From Methanothrix sp. (GTDB taxonomy: Archaea; Halobacteriota; Methanosarcinia; Methanotrichales; Methanotrichaceae): a DNA stretch of 64,000 nt. Where the stretch lies: NCBI GenBank assembly GCA_963682135.1, contig OY821645.1, forward strand, positions 2,080,001 through 2,144,000, written 5' to 3'. The position numbers and the translations under genes are program-made. This document shows positions 61,751-64,000 of the stretch, piece after piece. The notes under the pieces are model-generated. The model was given only the letters and a program-made list of their open reading frames with translations, was not told the DNA's origin and made no database searches. How positions within the stretch are numbered: position 1 is the first letter of the stretch; the number at the start of each line of letters is the position of its first letter.

Positions 61751-62968
61751 ATGAGAATCTGGAGTGTATTTGGATTATTGTTTATGCTTTTTCTTCCCTT
61801 GGCAATAGAGAACTCAATGGCTAATGATGTCATAACTGAAAGCGTATCGATTCAAAACAAATCAGATCCGGTATCATGGAATAAGGAAGGCTTTGATCTA
61901 TATAACCAGGGAAAATATAATGAATCGATCCAGACCTTTGATGTGGCACTGAATATAAGTCCAAATTATGAAAATGCTTGGTATAATAAAGGCCTTGCTT
62001 TCGAGATGCTTGGTAGATATAATGATTCTATCCAGGCATATAATAGGGCCATCGAAATCAATCCCAAATTTGCAGAAGCTTGGAACGAGAGGGGCATTGT
62101 CTTCTATAACCTAGGAAAATATAATGAGTCAATCAAAGCCTATAACGAGGCCCTCAATACCAGTCCCGAATATGCAGTTGCTTGGTACAATAAGGGCCTT
62201 GCCCTCGAGAGTCTGATGAGATACAATGATTCTATCCAGGCATATGATAGGGCCATTGAAATCAATCCCAAATTTGCGGAAGCTTGGAACGAGAGAGGCA
62301 TTGTCTTCTATAACCTAGGAAAATATAATGAGTCAATCAAAGCCTATAACGAGGCCCTCAATACCAGTCCCGAATATGCAGTTGCTTGGTACAATAAGGG
62401 CCTTGCCCTCGAGAGTCTGATGAGATACAATGATTCCATCCAGGCATATAATGGGGCCATCAGAATCAATCCAAATTTCACAGAAGCTTGGGATAGTAAA
62501 AAGCGCGCATTTTATTATATGAATAACATGTATGATAGTGAGATTATAGCTCGTGCCGCTTACATTGAGGCTCTTAGAGCCAATCTAAAATCTTCGGAGA
62601 TTAGGCACTATATGGGAATTGGCAATGATGAGGAATATATAGATCAGAGGATTGATCTTAGATCAGGTGATGAAGGCGAACCTGGAGCTTTTAGTTATTC
62701 CGGAAAATCTGATTCAATTCCTACAAAATCTAATTTAGATCCTGCAATTTCAGAACCGATAAGTCATGGTATCTACAGTGAACAACCTCAATCCGATCCA
62801 CCAAAAGGAAATTCAGGAAGTACCACTTCGACGGGGAGTGGAGGAAAATCACAAGGTTCTGGGAGTACCACTTCGTCAGGTAGTGGAGGAAAATCACAAG
62901 GTTCTGGGAGTACCACTTCGACGGGGAGTGGAGGAAAATCGCAGAGCACTACCGGTAATCCTCAATAG
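61751..62968 (+). CDS. Secreted TPR protein with a Ser/Gly/Thr tail
   Basis: Signal-like N-terminus; 34-aa repeats AW.NKG.....G.YN.SI.AY..A....P. Confidence 0.9.
   Translation: MRIWSVFGLLFMLFLPLAIENSMANDVITESVSIQNKSDPVSWNKEGFDLYNQGKYNESIQTFDVALNISPNYENAWYNKGLAFEMLGRYNDSIQAYNRAIEINPKFAEAWNERGIVFYNLGKYNESIKAYNEALNTSPEYAVAWYNKGLALESLMRYNDSIQAYDRAIEINPKFAEAWNERGIVFYNLGKYNESIKAYNEALNTSPEYAVAWYNKGLALESLMRYNDSIQAYNGAIRINPNFTEAWDSKKRAFYYMNNMYDSEIIARAAYIEALRANLKSSEIRHYMGIGNDEEYIDQRIDLRSGDEGEPGAFSYSGKSDSIPTKSNLDPAISEPISHGIYSEQPQSDPPKGNSGSTTSTGSGGKSQGSGSTTSSGSGGKSQGSGSTTSTGSGGKSQSTTGNPQ
62018..62460 (+). repeat. 204-bp near-exact tandem duplication (two TPR units)
   Basis: TAYAATGATTCYATCCAGGCA recurs at about 62018, 62222 and 62426, with near-identical sequence between. 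Confidence 0.85.
62816..62944 (+). repeat. 45-bp tandem repeat (about 3 copies) encoding GSTTSTGSGGKSQGS
   Basis: Repeated AGTACCACTTCG...AGTGGAGGAAAATC. Confidence 0.9.
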
Positions 62969-63044
62969 TGCCTTGCTCAGTTCCTCTAAATGAGAGAATT
63001 CAGTTAAGCAAGCAACATCCTCTAACCAATCAGTTGTAGGGATC

Positions 63045-64000
63045 ATGGCAGAGATACGACAAGAACCAAATATCAGTAATCACTCGATAATTTGGCGGAC
63101 TTATAGATTATTGATTATACTATTGCTATTATTGGAAATAGAGAACTCAATGGCTAGTGAGATCCTGATTGAAGACATCTCGATTCAAAATGAGTCCGAT
63201 CCAGTATCATTGAATGAGGCAGGTGTTGATCTATATAACCTAGGAAAATATAATGAATCAATTGAAGCCTATGATGAGGCCCTCCTGATTGATTCAAGTT
63301 ATAAGGTGGCGTGGTGCAATAAAGGCCTTGCTCTCAACGTGCTTGGCAGATATAATGATTCTCTTCTGGCATATAATGAGGCCATCGAAATCGACTCCAA
63401 ATACGCAGCGGCTTGGAACGGGAAAGGCCGTGTCTTCTCTAACCTCGACAGATATAATGAATCAATTGAAGCCTATGATGAGGCCCTCAATACCAGTCCC
63501 GAATATGCAGTGGCTTGGTACAATAAAGGCGTTTCTCTCGAGAAGCTTGGCAGATATAATGATTCCATCCAGGCATATGATAAGGCCATAAAAATCAACC
63601 AAAATTTTGCGGATGCTTGGTTTAACAAAGGCAATATTTTATATAAACAAAAAAAATATAATGAATCAATTAATGCTTATGACGAAACCCTGCATATCGA
63701 CTCAAAATATGCTGATGCCTGGGATGGCAAAGGTCTTGCCTACTACAAGAGTCACAAATACAATGAATCCATTAATGCCTACAATGAAGCCATAAAAATC
63801 AATCCAGATTATATAAAAGCTTTGAATAATAAAGGCGTTACCTTATATGTCATTGGCAACTATAGCGACTCAATTGATGCCTATGACGAAGCAATTAATA
63901 TCGATCCTAAATATGAAAATGCTTGGTACAACAAGGGTCTAGCCTTCTATGAACTTGCCAAGTATAATGAATCCAAATGGGCCTTTGATAATGCAATCAG
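63045..64000 (+). CDS. Second TPR protein, paralog of 61751-62968 (3' partial)
   Basis: Frame is open from ATG 63045 to the window end. It shares IENSMA..I..E..SIQN.SDPVS and the same TPR repeats. It is missing from the ORF track because no stop lies in the window. Confidence 0.88.
   Translation, partial: MAEIRQEPNISNHSIIWRTYRLLIILLLLLEIENSMASEILIEDISIQNESDPVSLNEAGVDLYNLGKYNESIEAYDEALLIDSSYKVAWCNKGLALNVLGRYNDSLLAYNEAIEIDSKYAAAWNGKGRVFSNLDRYNESIEAYDEALNTSPEYAVAWYNKGVSLEKLGRYNDSIQAYDKAIKINQNFADAWFNKGNILYKQKKYNESINAYDETLHIDSKYADAWDGKGLAYYKSHKYNESINAYNEAIKINPDYIKALNNKGVTLYVIGNYSDSIDAYDEAINIDPKYENAWYNKGLAFYELAKYNESKWAFDNAI

Noticed and set aside
62816-62944. Possible CRISPR-like repeats
   Set aside because: These are head-to-tail 45-bp coding repeats without spacers.

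Overview
This is archaeal chromosomal DNA, most consistent with a Methanothrix (Methanosaeta)-like methanogen. The evidence is a DUF1608-type duplicated S-layer protein with a PGF-CTERM tail, NpdG, IorAB, the aspartate-semialdehyde sulfurtransferase pair, rpS6e and archaeal tRNAs. Most of the window is housekeeping: cbiB, iorAB, rps6e, ilvD, thpR-cca, ribBA, tsr3, valS, trm1, npdG, tRNA-Glu and tRNA-Gln. The main accessory feature is a minus-strand cluster at about 17.5-24.5 kb. It holds four paralogous secreted Cys-rich beta-strand proteins with constant frameworks and two hypervariable loops, two distant relatives and a collapsed fifth remnant. Three of the copies have their own promoter and a structured leader of about 180-250 nt with conserved helices. 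I infer that this is a candidate sheath or cell-envelope locus. Other notable items: a secreted operon (NosD-like protein, two Cys-to-Thr rhodaneses, S8 protease) sharing an Ig-like module; a candidate anti-Shine-Dalgarno sRNA at about 46.0 kb; a CCA-adding enzyme with no canonical start for its N-terminal helix; a frameshifted amrS; and a degenerate DNA-ligase paralog. No CRISPR array, transposase or integrase was seen. All family calls come from motif recognition by eye, without database searches.
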